Positions 28,923-38,187 of a stretch of 45,845 bases of DNA are shown in pieces. Where the stretch lies: assembly GCA_043824255.1 (NCBI GenBank), contig JBDRTG010000038.1:1-45845 (forward strand), written 5' to 3'. This DNA is from a bacterium (lineage in GTDB: Bacteria > JAHJDO01). Within the stretch, counting starts at the first letter, position 1; every line of letters starts with the position of its first letter. The position numbers were made by a program, and so were the translations under genes. The notes under the pieces were generated by a model. It was given only the letters and a program-made list of their open reading frames with translations. It had not been told where the DNA came from and did not search any database.

Positions 28923-28971
28923 TTGACAAGAGAAATACATATTATATAATAATGGTAATACTACTATACCA
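28923..28971 (+). promoter_or_regulatory. Consensus sigma70 promoter plus putative GntR/FadR operator
   Basis: TTGACA(28923)-16 nt-TATAAT(28945), immediately followed by TGGTA-N9-TACCA (28953-28971). Confidence 0.7.
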
Positions 28972-28984
28972 ATTTAATTAGTGT

Positions 28985-29686
28985 ATGCAGAAAGAAATAC
29001 TAAGCAATAAAATTGTTAAAGAGATTATAGCTAGAATTGCTCAGGGGCTCTATAAAACAGGGGAGAAACTACCTCCGGAGCGGAAATTGGCTCTAGAACT
29101 TAAGGTCAGCCGTGTGCCTTTAAGAGAAGCTTTAGCAAAACTTCAAACTTTAGAGGTTTTAGAGATAAAACATGGTTCTGGAGCAATAGTTAACAGTTTT
29201 AAGAGTCTTTCTTTACCAAAAGAGTTAACGTCTGATATTATTGGTTTTGGTTCTGAGTTATTAGAAGAGATTATCGTTGCTAGGAAGGCTATAGAAGGAG
29301 CAACAGTCACTTTAGCTAGCAGAAAGAGAACAGCTAGTGATATAAAAAAATTGAATAAAAATCTAGAACAGATGAAGAAAAATCCTGATAATATTGAAAA
29401 ATTTCTTCCGGCTGATATGGATTTTCATCGTAATATTGCTATAGCTAGTAAAAATCGGATATTTTTAAAACTAACGGATTTGATAAATGAGCAGCAAAAA
29501 TACTCGCAGATATTTACAGCCTATCTGTCTAATGATCAAGAAGGAGCTATTAAATTTCATGAGCAGATTTTAAAGGCTATAACTAAGCAAGATGAGAAGT
29601 ATGCTAAAGAGGGAATAGACAAGCATTTAGGAGATATGGGAAAATATTTAAATAGAAGCAAGAATTCCAGGGTAGCATCCAAATGA
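28985..29686 (+). CDS. GntR family (FadR subfamily) transcriptional regulator
   Basis: GEKLPPER.LA..L.VSR..LREAL..L; FCD domain R...E, D..FH..IA.AS.N, H..I. Confidence 0.93.
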   Translation: MQKEILSNKIVKEIIARIAQGLYKTGEKLPPERKLALELKVSRVPLREALAKLQTLEVLEIKHGSGAIVNSFKSLSLPKELTSDIIGFGSELLEEIIVARKAIEGATVTLASRKRTASDIKKLNKNLEQMKKNPDNIEKFLPADMDFHRNIAIASKNRIFLKLTDLINEQQKYSQIFTAYLSNDQEGAIKFHEQILKAITKQDEKYAKEGIDKHLGDMGKYLNRSKNSRVASK

Positions 29687-30447
29687 TAGATATTCTAAAG
29701 CAGATAAAAAAAACACATCTATCTCAAAACGAATTAGGCATTTGGTGGCTGGGACAGGCAGGATATATCTTAAAATCTTTAAAGTTTACTTTGGCTATAG
29801 ACCCATATCTCAGTAATGATCCTAGAATGCCAAGGCTTGTGTCTTCTCCTATAGAGCCTGAAAATTTGAAAGTCGATTTAATAGTTTGCACTCATGACCA
29901 CGAAGACCATACGGATGTGGAAACATTAAAAGTGGTTAATAAAAAGGTAGATTGCCAATTTCTTGGTCCCAAAAATGTAGTTAAACGGCTAAAAAAGATA
30001 GGCATAAAAAAGAACAGGATTATTCAATTAGATGTTGGAGACAATATTAAAATAGGCAATATTAATTTGCGCAGTACCTTCTGTATTCCTAATGAAGAAA
30101 AGGTACTTGATAGCATAGGGATGATAATCACTTTCGAAAATGGAATCAGTTTTTATCATACAGGAGATACCGGATTCCACGATTTTTTATTTTATTTAAG
30201 CAAATATGATATTGACATAATGGCCATTTGCATAAACGGCAAGTTAGGTAATATGGGGATAGATGAAGCAGTGAGGTTAACCAGATATTTAAAGCCATGT
30301 GTTGTTATTCCCAATCATTATGGGATGTTCAAACACAATAATGCAGATCCCTATGAATTCCAGGGAAAACTTTTGGGTTCCTTTGTGGAGCCAGAATGCC
30401 AGATTTTAGAAATCGGTAAAGCATATATTTTTAAAAAGAATACATGA
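29683..30447 (+). CDS. MBL-fold metallo-hydrolase (UlaG-like sugar-phosphate lactonase)
   Basis: WWLGQAG, DPYLS, THDHEDH, YHTGDT, INGKLGNM, IPNHYGMF. Confidence 0.8.
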   Translation: MIDILKQIKKTHLSQNELGIWWLGQAGYILKSLKFTLAIDPYLSNDPRMPRLVSSPIEPENLKVDLIVCTHDHEDHTDVETLKVVNKKVDCQFLGPKNVVKRLKKIGIKKNRIIQLDVGDNIKIGNINLRSTFCIPNEEKVLDSIGMIITFENGISFYHTGDTGFHDFLFYLSKYDIDIMAICINGKLGNMGIDEAVRLTRYLKPCVVIPNHYGMFKHNNADPYEFQGKLLGSFVEPECQILEIGKAYIFKKNT

Positions 30448-31760
30448 TGAATTTATTCACAAACAATAAAAATACAGATAAAATTTATAAAAAAGCAAAA
30501 AGGTATATCTCTGGAGGAGTGACTGCTGGAACAAGGTTGAACAGGGCTATTGCTTGTCCTTTTTACATTTCAAAAGGCAAAGGTTCTAAAGTATGGGACA
30601 TTGAAGGCAAGGAATATATTGATTTTTGTACTTCCCATGGAGCATCAATGTTGGGGCATAAACACCCAGCAATTGTTCAAGCGGTCCAAAAATCATTGGA
30701 TTTAGGAATTATATGTTCTGCGGAGACGAAATATCATACAGCTCTTTCCCGTTTAATTTGTGAAGTTGTTCCTTGTGCTGAATTAGTTCGCTATGCTGTA
30801 TCAGGTACAGAGGCAACTCTTCATGGGATAAGGGCATGTAGAAGCTTCACCGGAAAAAATAAGATAATACGGTTTGAGGGTCATTTTCATGGTACACATG
30901 ATTACGTTCATATCGGAGGCAGGGTACCCAGAGAATATCTTGGAAGCATACCGCCCTATAGGGAAAGTGACGGGATCCCCGAAGAAATATGTAAATTCGT
31001 AATATCAATTCCTTTTAATGACCCGGATGTTCTTGAGAAAACTATCAAAAAGTATAAAGATGAGGTTTGCTGTGTCATTCTGGAACCAATCAATTATAAT
31101 TGTTGCTGTATCGTTCCCAAAAAAGACTATATGAAAGCTATGCGAGAATTAACGAAGAAATATCAGATACCGCTTTTCTATGACGAAATTCAGTCGGCTT
31201 TCAAAACTTCACCTGGTGGAGCCCAGAGATATTTCGGGATAAAGCCGGATATTGCTGTTCTGGGCAAATCTGTAGGAGGAGGGATCCCTTTAAGTGTTAT
31301 CTGCGGCAGAAAAGAGATAATGGAATGTTTTGAACCTGTTGGAACGACCTCTCTCAGTGGAACTTTTACATCTCACCTCGTCGCTATTATGGCGGGAATC
31401 GCTTTTCAGAAGGAAATTCGCAAACTTGATTTTTATGAAGACCTTTATAAAAAAGAAGATTTTTTCTATAAGAGATTTAAGGAAATAATTGCTCATTCGG
31501 ATATAAAAGCACGACTCCAATATCATGGTCCAAGATTTTCTCTCATTATGGGAATTGATGAAGAAGTCAAAAATTACCGGCAGTCGCTTTCTCATTCAAA
31601 AGAACAGATGCTTAAGTTTGTTAAAGAATGTATCAATCGAGGATTATATTTTCATGATTACGGAGGAACACCTGTGCATCATGGTTTCTCATCTGCTCAT
31701 AGTATGGAGGATTTGGAAAAGGCACTTAATATTATTGAGGATGTTTTTAAAGTGCTATGA
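30444..31760 (+). CDS. Class III PLP aminotransferase (GSA-aminomutase-like, divergent)
   Basis: WD.EG.EYIDF, LGH.HP, SGTEA, FEGHFHG, DEIQ, GKSVGGG, SGTF. Confidence 0.8.
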   Translation: MMNLFTNNKNTDKIYKKAKRYISGGVTAGTRLNRAIACPFYISKGKGSKVWDIEGKEYIDFCTSHGASMLGHKHPAIVQAVQKSLDLGIICSAETKYHTALSRLICEVVPCAELVRYAVSGTEATLHGIRACRSFTGKNKIIRFEGHFHGTHDYVHIGGRVPREYLGSIPPYRESDGIPEEICKFVISIPFNDPDVLEKTIKKYKDEVCCVILEPINYNCCCIVPKKDYMKAMRELTKKYQIPLFYDEIQSAFKTSPGGAQRYFGIKPDIAVLGKSVGGGIPLSVICGRKEIMECFEPVGTTSLSGTFTSHLVAIMAGIAFQKEIRKLDFYEDLYKKEDFFYKRFKEIIAHSDIKARLQYHGPRFSLIMGIDEEVKNYRQSLSHSKEQMLKFVKECINRGLYFHDYGGTPVHHGFSSAHSMEDLEKALNIIEDVFKVL

Positions 31761-33256
31761 AAATTGCTATTGCTCAGGTATGGCAGGAAGCTAACTCCTT
31801 TAATCCCGTTTTGACCGGGATGAAAGAATTTGAAAACTTTGGTTATGCCAAAGGGAAAGATGTTGTAAAAAAATTTGGCAAAGTAAGTGAAATAGGAGGT
31901 TTTGTCTCAGAGATTACTAAATGGAAAGAGAAAGCTGAAATTGTTCCATTGGTACGTGCAGTTGCCTGGCCTGGGGGACCAGTAGAAAGAGAAACATATC
32001 TCAAGATTATTAGTGACTTAACTGAAATGCTGAAAAACTCTCTTCCGATTGATGGTGTATTAATTTCTCTTCACGGAGCACTTATGTCTGAAGAAAAAGG
32101 AGATTTTGATGGAGAAATTCTGAAGATTATCCGAAGTATTGTTTGCAACAAAATTCCTGTAGTGGCAACTTTAGATCTTCATGCTAATATAACTAAAAAA
32201 ATGGTAAAAAATGCGGATGCGCTTATTCCTTACCATACCGCTCCCCATATCGATGTCTTTGAAACCGGAGAACGTGGAGCTAAAGTGCTTTATCGAATAC
32301 TCAAAGAAAAGAAATTTCCTTCGTGTTGTTGGATTAAAATTCCAATGATTATTGCCTCTGAAAAACATAATGTCTTTGTTCCCCCAATGAAAGATTTGTT
32401 TGATATAGTTCATCAGGTGGAAAACAATGAAGATGTGTGGAGTGCATCGCTCTGTATTGCTCAACCTTGGCTTGATGTATCTGACCATGGTTGGTGCGCT
32501 ATGGCATGGGGAACGGATATTCAAAAAATGAAGCAATATGTCGGGGAAATTTCTTTAAAATCATGGAAGATGAGAAAAGAACTCGATGCAGTGGAAAGGG
32601 TTAATCCCGAAACAGCTGTTTCAGAGGCACTCACCTTTGATGGGAAGCCAGTGGTGATAGCCGATGGTGCTGATGCCACCAATTCTGGTGCTCCGGGTGA
32701 CAGCACTATCTTACTAAAAAAATTTTTGGAGAATAAAAGCGAGAAAGTCGTTCTGATAACGGTTGTTGATCCAGAGATTGCTCAAAGAGCTTTTACGACA
32801 GGTAAAGGAAAGGTAATTAAAGGCAGATTGGGTGGTAAACGAGATAATATTTTTAGCAGTCCCGTTGGTTTTGAAGGAATAGTGATAAATCTTAGCGATG
32901 GGAAATATATTATGTCAGGACATGGAGGGAAAAATCTACCCGTAAGCACAGGTAAAACTGCTGTTATTAAAATTAAAAATATATTTGTTGTTGTTTCTGA
33001 GTATCCTGGCCCTGGTAGTCATCCACTGGTATACAAAAGTGTAGGATTAGAACCAAAAAAGGCAGATATTGTTGTAGTAAAATCACCAGCTGGTTTTCGG
33101 GCTGACTATGAACCATTTGCCAAAAAGGTAATATTGGCTGATTGTCCAGGTTTAGCATCGCCTCATTACAAAAGTTTTCCATACAAAACCGAGCGGCAAC
33201 ATTTCTATCCTTGGGAAGAAGATTTTGAATGGGTTCCAGAGGTTAAATTTAAATAA
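31757..33256 (+). CDS. M81/MlrC family metallopeptidase or amidohydrolase
   Basis: QEANSF, LHGA, D.DG, LDLHAN, Y.T.PH.D, D..NSGAPGD, VVKS. Confidence 0.85.
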   Translation: MKIAIAQVWQEANSFNPVLTGMKEFENFGYAKGKDVVKKFGKVSEIGGFVSEITKWKEKAEIVPLVRAVAWPGGPVERETYLKIISDLTEMLKNSLPIDGVLISLHGALMSEEKGDFDGEILKIIRSIVCNKIPVVATLDLHANITKKMVKNADALIPYHTAPHIDVFETGERGAKVLYRILKEKKFPSCCWIKIPMIIASEKHNVFVPPMKDLFDIVHQVENNEDVWSASLCIAQPWLDVSDHGWCAMAWGTDIQKMKQYVGEISLKSWKMRKELDAVERVNPETAVSEALTFDGKPVVIADGADATNSGAPGDSTILLKKFLENKSEKVVLITVVDPEIAQRAFTTGKGKVIKGRLGGKRDNIFSSPVGFEGIVINLSDGKYIMSGHGGKNLPVSTGKTAVIKIKNIFVVVSEYPGPGSHPLVYKSVGLEPKKADIVVVKSPAGFRADYEPFAKKVILADCPGLASPHYKSFPYKTERQHFYPWEEDFEWVPEVKFK

Positions 33257-33260
33257 TATT

Positions 33261-34154
33261 ATGTTTAAGATTGCGGCTTTTCCAAAATGTTATATTGGAG
33301 ACATTTCAGAGGGAAGGATGTCACTTCATAAATGGATCGAGATGTCAACGGAACTCGAAGTAGATGGACTTGAATTCTATAGCCGATTTCTCAAAAGCTA
33401 TGATAATAAATATCTTTCAGAAATTAGAAAAACTGTAGAGAAGCAAGGTCTTGAAATCCCAATGATGTGTTATTCGTCAGATTTTACTCTGCCAGAAAGA
33501 GAAGATCGGGAGGATGAGGTCAGAAAGCAAAAAGAAATGATAAAAGTCACACAGGAACTTGGAGGGAAATTCTGTCGGGTACTTTCTGGGCAGAGAAGAC
33601 CAGAAATAAATGTAAATGATGGAATAAAATGGGTGGTTGAGTCTATACAGGAAAGTCTTATTACTGCAAGAGAATGTGATATTATCCTCGTTATGGAAAA
33701 CCACTATAAGGACGGTTACTGGAAATATCCTGAATTTGCTCAAAGAAAGGAAGTTTTTCTTTCTATTATTAATCAGATAGACTCTCCCAATTTTGGGGTT
33801 CAATATGACCCGTCAAATGCTATAGTTGCTGGAGATGACCCAGTAGAACTGCTTAATCTCATGAAAAATCGGGTAAAAACTATGCACGCCAGTGACCGTT
33901 ATTTAGAAAAAGGAGCAATCCTTGATGAATTAAGAGAAACTAATGGAACGATAGGATATTCCCCCAAATTACATCATGGAGTTATCGGTAAGGGGCTAAA
34001 TGATTACGAAAAAATATTTTCCATCTTACGCGACATAAATTTTTCCGGATGGATATCTATTGAAGACGGGATGGATGGGATTGAAGAAATTAAGGAATCT
34101 GCAGATTTCTTGAAGATAATGCGTGCAAAATATTTTGGAGGTGGGCAGAAATGA
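33261..34154 (+). CDS. Sugar phosphate isomerase/epimerase (AP endonuclease 2 TIM barrel); ATG 33261 preferred over 33225
   Basis: MENHYK, YDPSN, MHASDR, ISIED metal ligands. Confidence 0.82.
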   Translation: MFKIAAFPKCYIGDISEGRMSLHKWIEMSTELEVDGLEFYSRFLKSYDNKYLSEIRKTVEKQGLEIPMMCYSSDFTLPEREDREDEVRKQKEMIKVTQELGGKFCRVLSGQRRPEINVNDGIKWVVESIQESLITARECDIILVMENHYKDGYWKYPEFAQRKEVFLSIINQIDSPNFGVQYDPSNAIVAGDDPVELLNLMKNRVKTMHASDRYLEKGAILDELRETNGTIGYSPKLHHGVIGKGLNDYEKIFSILRDINFSGWISIEDGMDGIEEIKESADFLKIMRAKYFGGGQK

Positions 34155-34945
34155 AGCTAAAGAATAAAGTTGCTTTAGTAACCGGCTCTTCCAGTGGTAT
34201 TGGCAAAGCCATTGCCGTTGGATTTGCCAAGGAAGGGGCGAATGTCATAGTTAATTATAATAAGAATCGGACAGGGGCGAAAGAGACAGTAGCAAAGATA
34301 ATATCTTTGGGCAGAAGATGTTTGCTGATTAAGGCTAATGTAGGAAAGAAAGACGAAGTGGATAGTATGTTCAATATTATAGAAAAAGAATTTGGCATGC
34401 TTGATATTTTGGTTAATAATGCCGGGATAACTCCTAAGATACCGTTTGAGGAAATTATTGAGGAGGAATGGGATAAAATACAGACCACCAATTTAAAAAG
34501 TGTATTTCTTTGTTCACAGAGAGCTCTACCTTTTCTTAAAAAAAGCCGAGGATGCATTCTTAATATCTCTTCTATTCATGCAGTAAAAAGCACTTATAAT
34601 TTCTCCTGTTATGCTGCTTCTAAAGGAGGGATGGAATCCTTAACCAGAGCAATGGCTTTGGAATTGGGCGAACATGGTATTCGGGTAAATGCCTTACGTC
34701 CTGGCTTGATTCAAGTAGAAAGGGATATGATTTTAGCAGAGGAACAATACCGCAAAATGTGTGAAAGGATTCCTTTAAGAAGAGCTGGAAAAGTGGAGGA
34801 TACTGTTCCAGCAGCCATTTTTTTCTGTTCAGAAGATTCAAGTTACATTTCCGGTCAGATTTTAGCAATAGATGGAGGACACGAAGTAATACTCAATACC
34901 GCCTTTCCTAAAGGTCATGTGAGTGGAGGAGCAGTAAGTCGCTAA
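34151..34945 (+). CDS. SDR family oxidoreductase
   Basis: TGSSSGIG, NNAG, SS.H, YAASKGG. Confidence 0.9.
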   Translation: MKLKNKVALVTGSSSGIGKAIAVGFAKEGANVIVNYNKNRTGAKETVAKIISLGRRCLLIKANVGKKDEVDSMFNIIEKEFGMLDILVNNAGITPKIPFEEIIEEEWDKIQTTNLKSVFLCSQRALPFLKKSRGCILNISSIHAVKSTYNFSCYAASKGGMESLTRAMALELGEHGIRVNALRPGLIQVERDMILAEEQYRKMCERIPLRRAGKVEDTVPAAIFFCSEDSSYISGQILAIDGGHEVILNTAFPKGHVSGGAVSR

Positions 34946-34961
34946 TAAATAGGAGATAAAT

Positions 34962-36041
34962 ATGGAAATGAAGTATAAAGAAAACTGGCCGGAAGCCAGA
35001 GAACGCTGGATTGCCTATTGGAATGGAGATATTATTGACCGTCCGATTATACTGATGATGGTTCCAAAGAAAGAGATACATCAGGTACCGGAACCAAAAG
35101 ATCCATTTACGAAATGGACCGACATTGACTATGAAATAAAGCGTAAAGAAGCAATACATCACTCCAGATACTATTTAGGAGAGGCTATTCCCCACACCAG
35201 ACATGGGATGGCCTGGTCTGCCTATTACGGCGGACCGGTGAAATACCAGCCGGATTCTATATGGCTGGAACCCTGTATAGAGTCCTGGGATAAAACACCT
35301 GATTGGAAAAAGGATTGGAATGATTGGGGCTGGAAACATCTCAAAAAAGCTGTGCGGGAAACAGCGAAAACTGCAGCTGGAAAATATTCCGTAGGGCTTC
35401 CACCACTTCTTCATGCCTGTCCCAATGATATGCTTTCTATGATGCGTGGCCCCAGTCGTTTTCTAATGGATTTAATAGAATATCCAGAAGAGGTAAAGCA
35501 TGCTCTGAAAATGATGCGGCAAAATTACCCGCCGATGTATGATGAATTATATACTATTATTCATTCATATGGATTTGAAGGCTATGGTAACTGGTGGCCT
35601 GTCTGGTCCAAAGAAAGGTTGGGGATTTGGCAGTCTGATGTATCTGCTATGATTTCTCCTGAGATGTATGAAGAATTTATTGTCCCGGAGATTGAGGAGT
35701 TAAGCAGTACGGTGAAATATTCCTTTTACCACCTGGATGGGCCGGATGCCATTAAACATGTGGATAGAATCTGCGATGTATCCGGGATACATACCATTCA
35801 GTGGATGCCGGGTGCCGGTCAGAAGCCTGGTGCTCTTCAGTGGATGAATCTTTTTAAGCGGATTCAGGCAAAAAACAAGGGGATTCTTATTTATATGGGA
35901 GTGAATGATTTAGAAACCATAATTAAAGAGTTGAATCCACGAAAATTGATACTATGGATGGGGGCAAAAACTGTTACCGAAGCAAAGGAGATTTTTAAAA
36001 AGGCGGCATTCTGGACAGCAAAGTACTGGGGGAAAAGATAA
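34962..36041 (+). CDS. UroD/MetE-like (uroporphyrinogen decarboxylase/methyltransferase fold) protein
   Basis: D.LS.MRG....MDL...PE, QSD.SAMISP.MY.EF..P, YHLDG, IQW.PGAG. Confidence 0.7.
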   Translation: MEMKYKENWPEARERWIAYWNGDIIDRPIILMMVPKKEIHQVPEPKDPFTKWTDIDYEIKRKEAIHHSRYYLGEAIPHTRHGMAWSAYYGGPVKYQPDSIWLEPCIESWDKTPDWKKDWNDWGWKHLKKAVRETAKTAAGKYSVGLPPLLHACPNDMLSMMRGPSRFLMDLIEYPEEVKHALKMMRQNYPPMYDELYTIIHSYGFEGYGNWWPVWSKERLGIWQSDVSAMISPEMYEEFIVPEIEELSSTVKYSFYHLDGPDAIKHVDRICDVSGIHTIQWMPGAGQKPGALQWMNLFKRIQAKNKGILIYMGVNDLETIIKELNPRKLILWMGAKTVTEAKEIFKKAAFWTAKYWGKR

Positions 36042-36713
36042 ATGAAAGCAATAGTACAGGTATCTTTGGATATAGAAACAATAGAAGAAGCATTAAAATT
36101 AGCTCATGGCGCAGTGCGAGCTGGTGTGGACTGGATTGAAGCCGGCACTCCGTTAATCCTAGGGGAAGGGCTGCACGCTGTCAAGGCACTTCGAAGAGAA
36201 TTCCCTGATTACCCGATAGTCGCTGATCTAAAGACTATGGACGGAGGAGGATTGGAGTGCGAAATGATGGCTAAAGCAGGAGCTAGCATGGTGGTGGTAA
36301 TGAGCAGAGCGCATTGGGCGACAGTAAAAGAAGTTGTAGCTATGGCGAGAAAATATAATGTCAAGGTTATGGCTGATGTTTTAGCCGAAGATGACAAAGC
36401 TGCTGCCGCAAAAAAGATGGAAGAGATGGGAGTTGATTACATAATTGTTCATACTGGTTACGACGAAAGAAGGCACATAAAGGGAGTAAGTCCACTGGAT
36501 GATTTGGGAAAGGTGCTGAAAGCAGTAAAGATTCCTGTTCAGGCTGTTGGTGGTTTGAGTGTAGAGCAGGCTATTGAAGCCGTAAAGGTGGGAGCGCGTC
36601 TCTTTGTTATCGGGGCGCCTTTGGTAATAGACGTAGAAAAATTTGCCATTGCTGATGATGCCTTTGAAAGCAAGCTGAAAGAGATTGTTGAAACAGTTAG
36701 GAATATTGGATAA
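36042..36713 (+). CDS. 3-hexulose-6-phosphate synthase / KGPDC (OMP decarboxylase superfamily)
   Basis: QVSLD, DWIEAGTPLI..EG, VADLKTMDGG, VHTGYD, AVGGL. Confidence 0.8.
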   Translation: MKAIVQVSLDIETIEEALKLAHGAVRAGVDWIEAGTPLILGEGLHAVKALRREFPDYPIVADLKTMDGGGLECEMMAKAGASMVVVMSRAHWATVKEVVAMARKYNVKVMADVLAEDDKAAAAKKMEEMGVDYIIVHTGYDERRHIKGVSPLDDLGKVLKAVKIPVQAVGGLSVEQAIEAVKVGARLFVIGAPLVIDVEKFAIADDAFESKLKEIVETVRNIG

Positions 36714-36792
36714 TCAAGAGATAAAAATAAAATGTAAAGAAGTTGAAAAGATTAACTTTTTGTAACTAATACTATAACCATGAAAGGATATT

Positions 36793-38043
36793 ATGAAGCA
36801 AAAAATTACAGATATTGATAATCATGTGAAGAAAACATCCCCGGCAAATTCAGGAGACACAATAAGAGTAAATGATTATCTCAGAAGCAATATTACTCCA
36901 AATGATTTTATAGAAGGAACGCAAATGGCAAGAATAAAAAATGCCTTGGCGTTTTTAAAAAAACAAGGTGGTGGAACACTGGAGTTGGGAGTTGATACAG
37001 TAGCGGTTCCGAATACAAATACATGGACAATAACTGAATCAATTATATTACCATCAAACACCACTTTATTTCTGAATAATAGCAAACTAAAATTAGCAAA
37101 CGGCGTATTTGACACAATAATAAGAAACGAAGGCATCATTGTTGACGCGGAAAATCCCAATGGATTGGCATTAGAATTACGGCAAAATAGCAATATAAAA
37201 ATAATTGGAACAGGAGTTGGAAACGCATTCATAGAAGGGCCAGATGTGCCATATTCTGCGCCGCACCCCATAGATGGTGGTGCAGCTATACCGTGGATCG
37301 GAGATTTTTACGGATGGAGAACTGTGTCTATTTTGTTCGCAAACTGTAAAAATTACGAAATGGGCGGGTTTTCTATAAGTAAAACAACGTGTTGGGCAAT
37401 ATCTCAAGAGCATGGGTGCGATAATATGTACATTCATGATATTGATTTTAACACTACCGTTAAAAATGGCGATGGAATAGATTTCAGGAAGGGATGCAGT
37501 AATGGAGTCGTAAGAAATATAACAGGAGCTGCTTCGGATGATATCATTGCCTGCGTGGCAATGATGGGAAGCAACAAAATGCCATTTCCTCGGGGAAATT
37601 ACGTATATCCAATGCAAGTCGGGGGATATGAAGATAGTATTCTGGGGAATAATGTCGACAACATAATGATAAGCAATATATCAGCTTCATCCATACATCA
37701 TGTTCTTATATGCTATGCTGCGGGAGGCGGAAGAACGCAAAACATAAAAGCATACAATATAGAGGACACATATGATTTGAACACGAGAAATATAGTGTGT
37801 GTTTATAGCGGACATTATGCTAAGACAGCTATAATGGGAGAAATAAACAATATATACATGAATAGAATAATATCTAACAATTCAAACTTGGCATTGAATA
37901 TAAATACTCCGCTGCTAAATAGTCATTTCAATCACATAGAACAAAAAAAGGAGGGTGGAATAGTTTGTGAAATAACGCCACCACATGACACGCAAATGAT
38001 TAATGTTCAAATAACAAATTGTCTCCCCGGGTTAAGGAAATGA
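36793..38043 (+). CDS. Pectin-lyase-fold (beta-helix, GH28-like) protein
   Basis: NGDGIDF..G, G..SDDIIA, Asn/Ile-rich repeats; no clear signal peptide. Confidence 0.65.
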   Translation: MKQKITDIDNHVKKTSPANSGDTIRVNDYLRSNITPNDFIEGTQMARIKNALAFLKKQGGGTLELGVDTVAVPNTNTWTITESIILPSNTTLFLNNSKLKLANGVFDTIIRNEGIIVDAENPNGLALELRQNSNIKIIGTGVGNAFIEGPDVPYSAPHPIDGGAAIPWIGDFYGWRTVSILFANCKNYEMGGFSISKTTCWAISQEHGCDNMYIHDIDFNTTVKNGDGIDFRKGCSNGVVRNITGAASDDIIACVAMMGSNKMPFPRGNYVYPMQVGGYEDSILGNNVDNIMISNISASSIHHVLICYAAGGGRTQNIKAYNIEDTYDLNTRNIVCVYSGHYAKTAIMGEINNIYMNRIISNNSNLALNINTPLLNSHFNHIEQKKEGGIVCEITPPHDTQMINVQITNCLPGLRK

Positions 38044-38187
38044 ATAAATTTTTTGGAGAAACTCCAGTCATACAAGCGCTTGATTATTTAACACCTATGG
38101 GATATATTTAGAATCACAGCGAAAATCTTAAACAAAAAGTGTTACCTATGTGCCCAGCCAGCACAGTACCATAAAGGAGGTAGATCA

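Noticed and set aside
30444..31760. hemL (glutamate-1-semialdehyde aminomutase)
   Set aside because: Lacks the GGVNSPVRA, DEVMTGFR and AGTLSGNP signatures, and sits in a catabolic operon without hem genes
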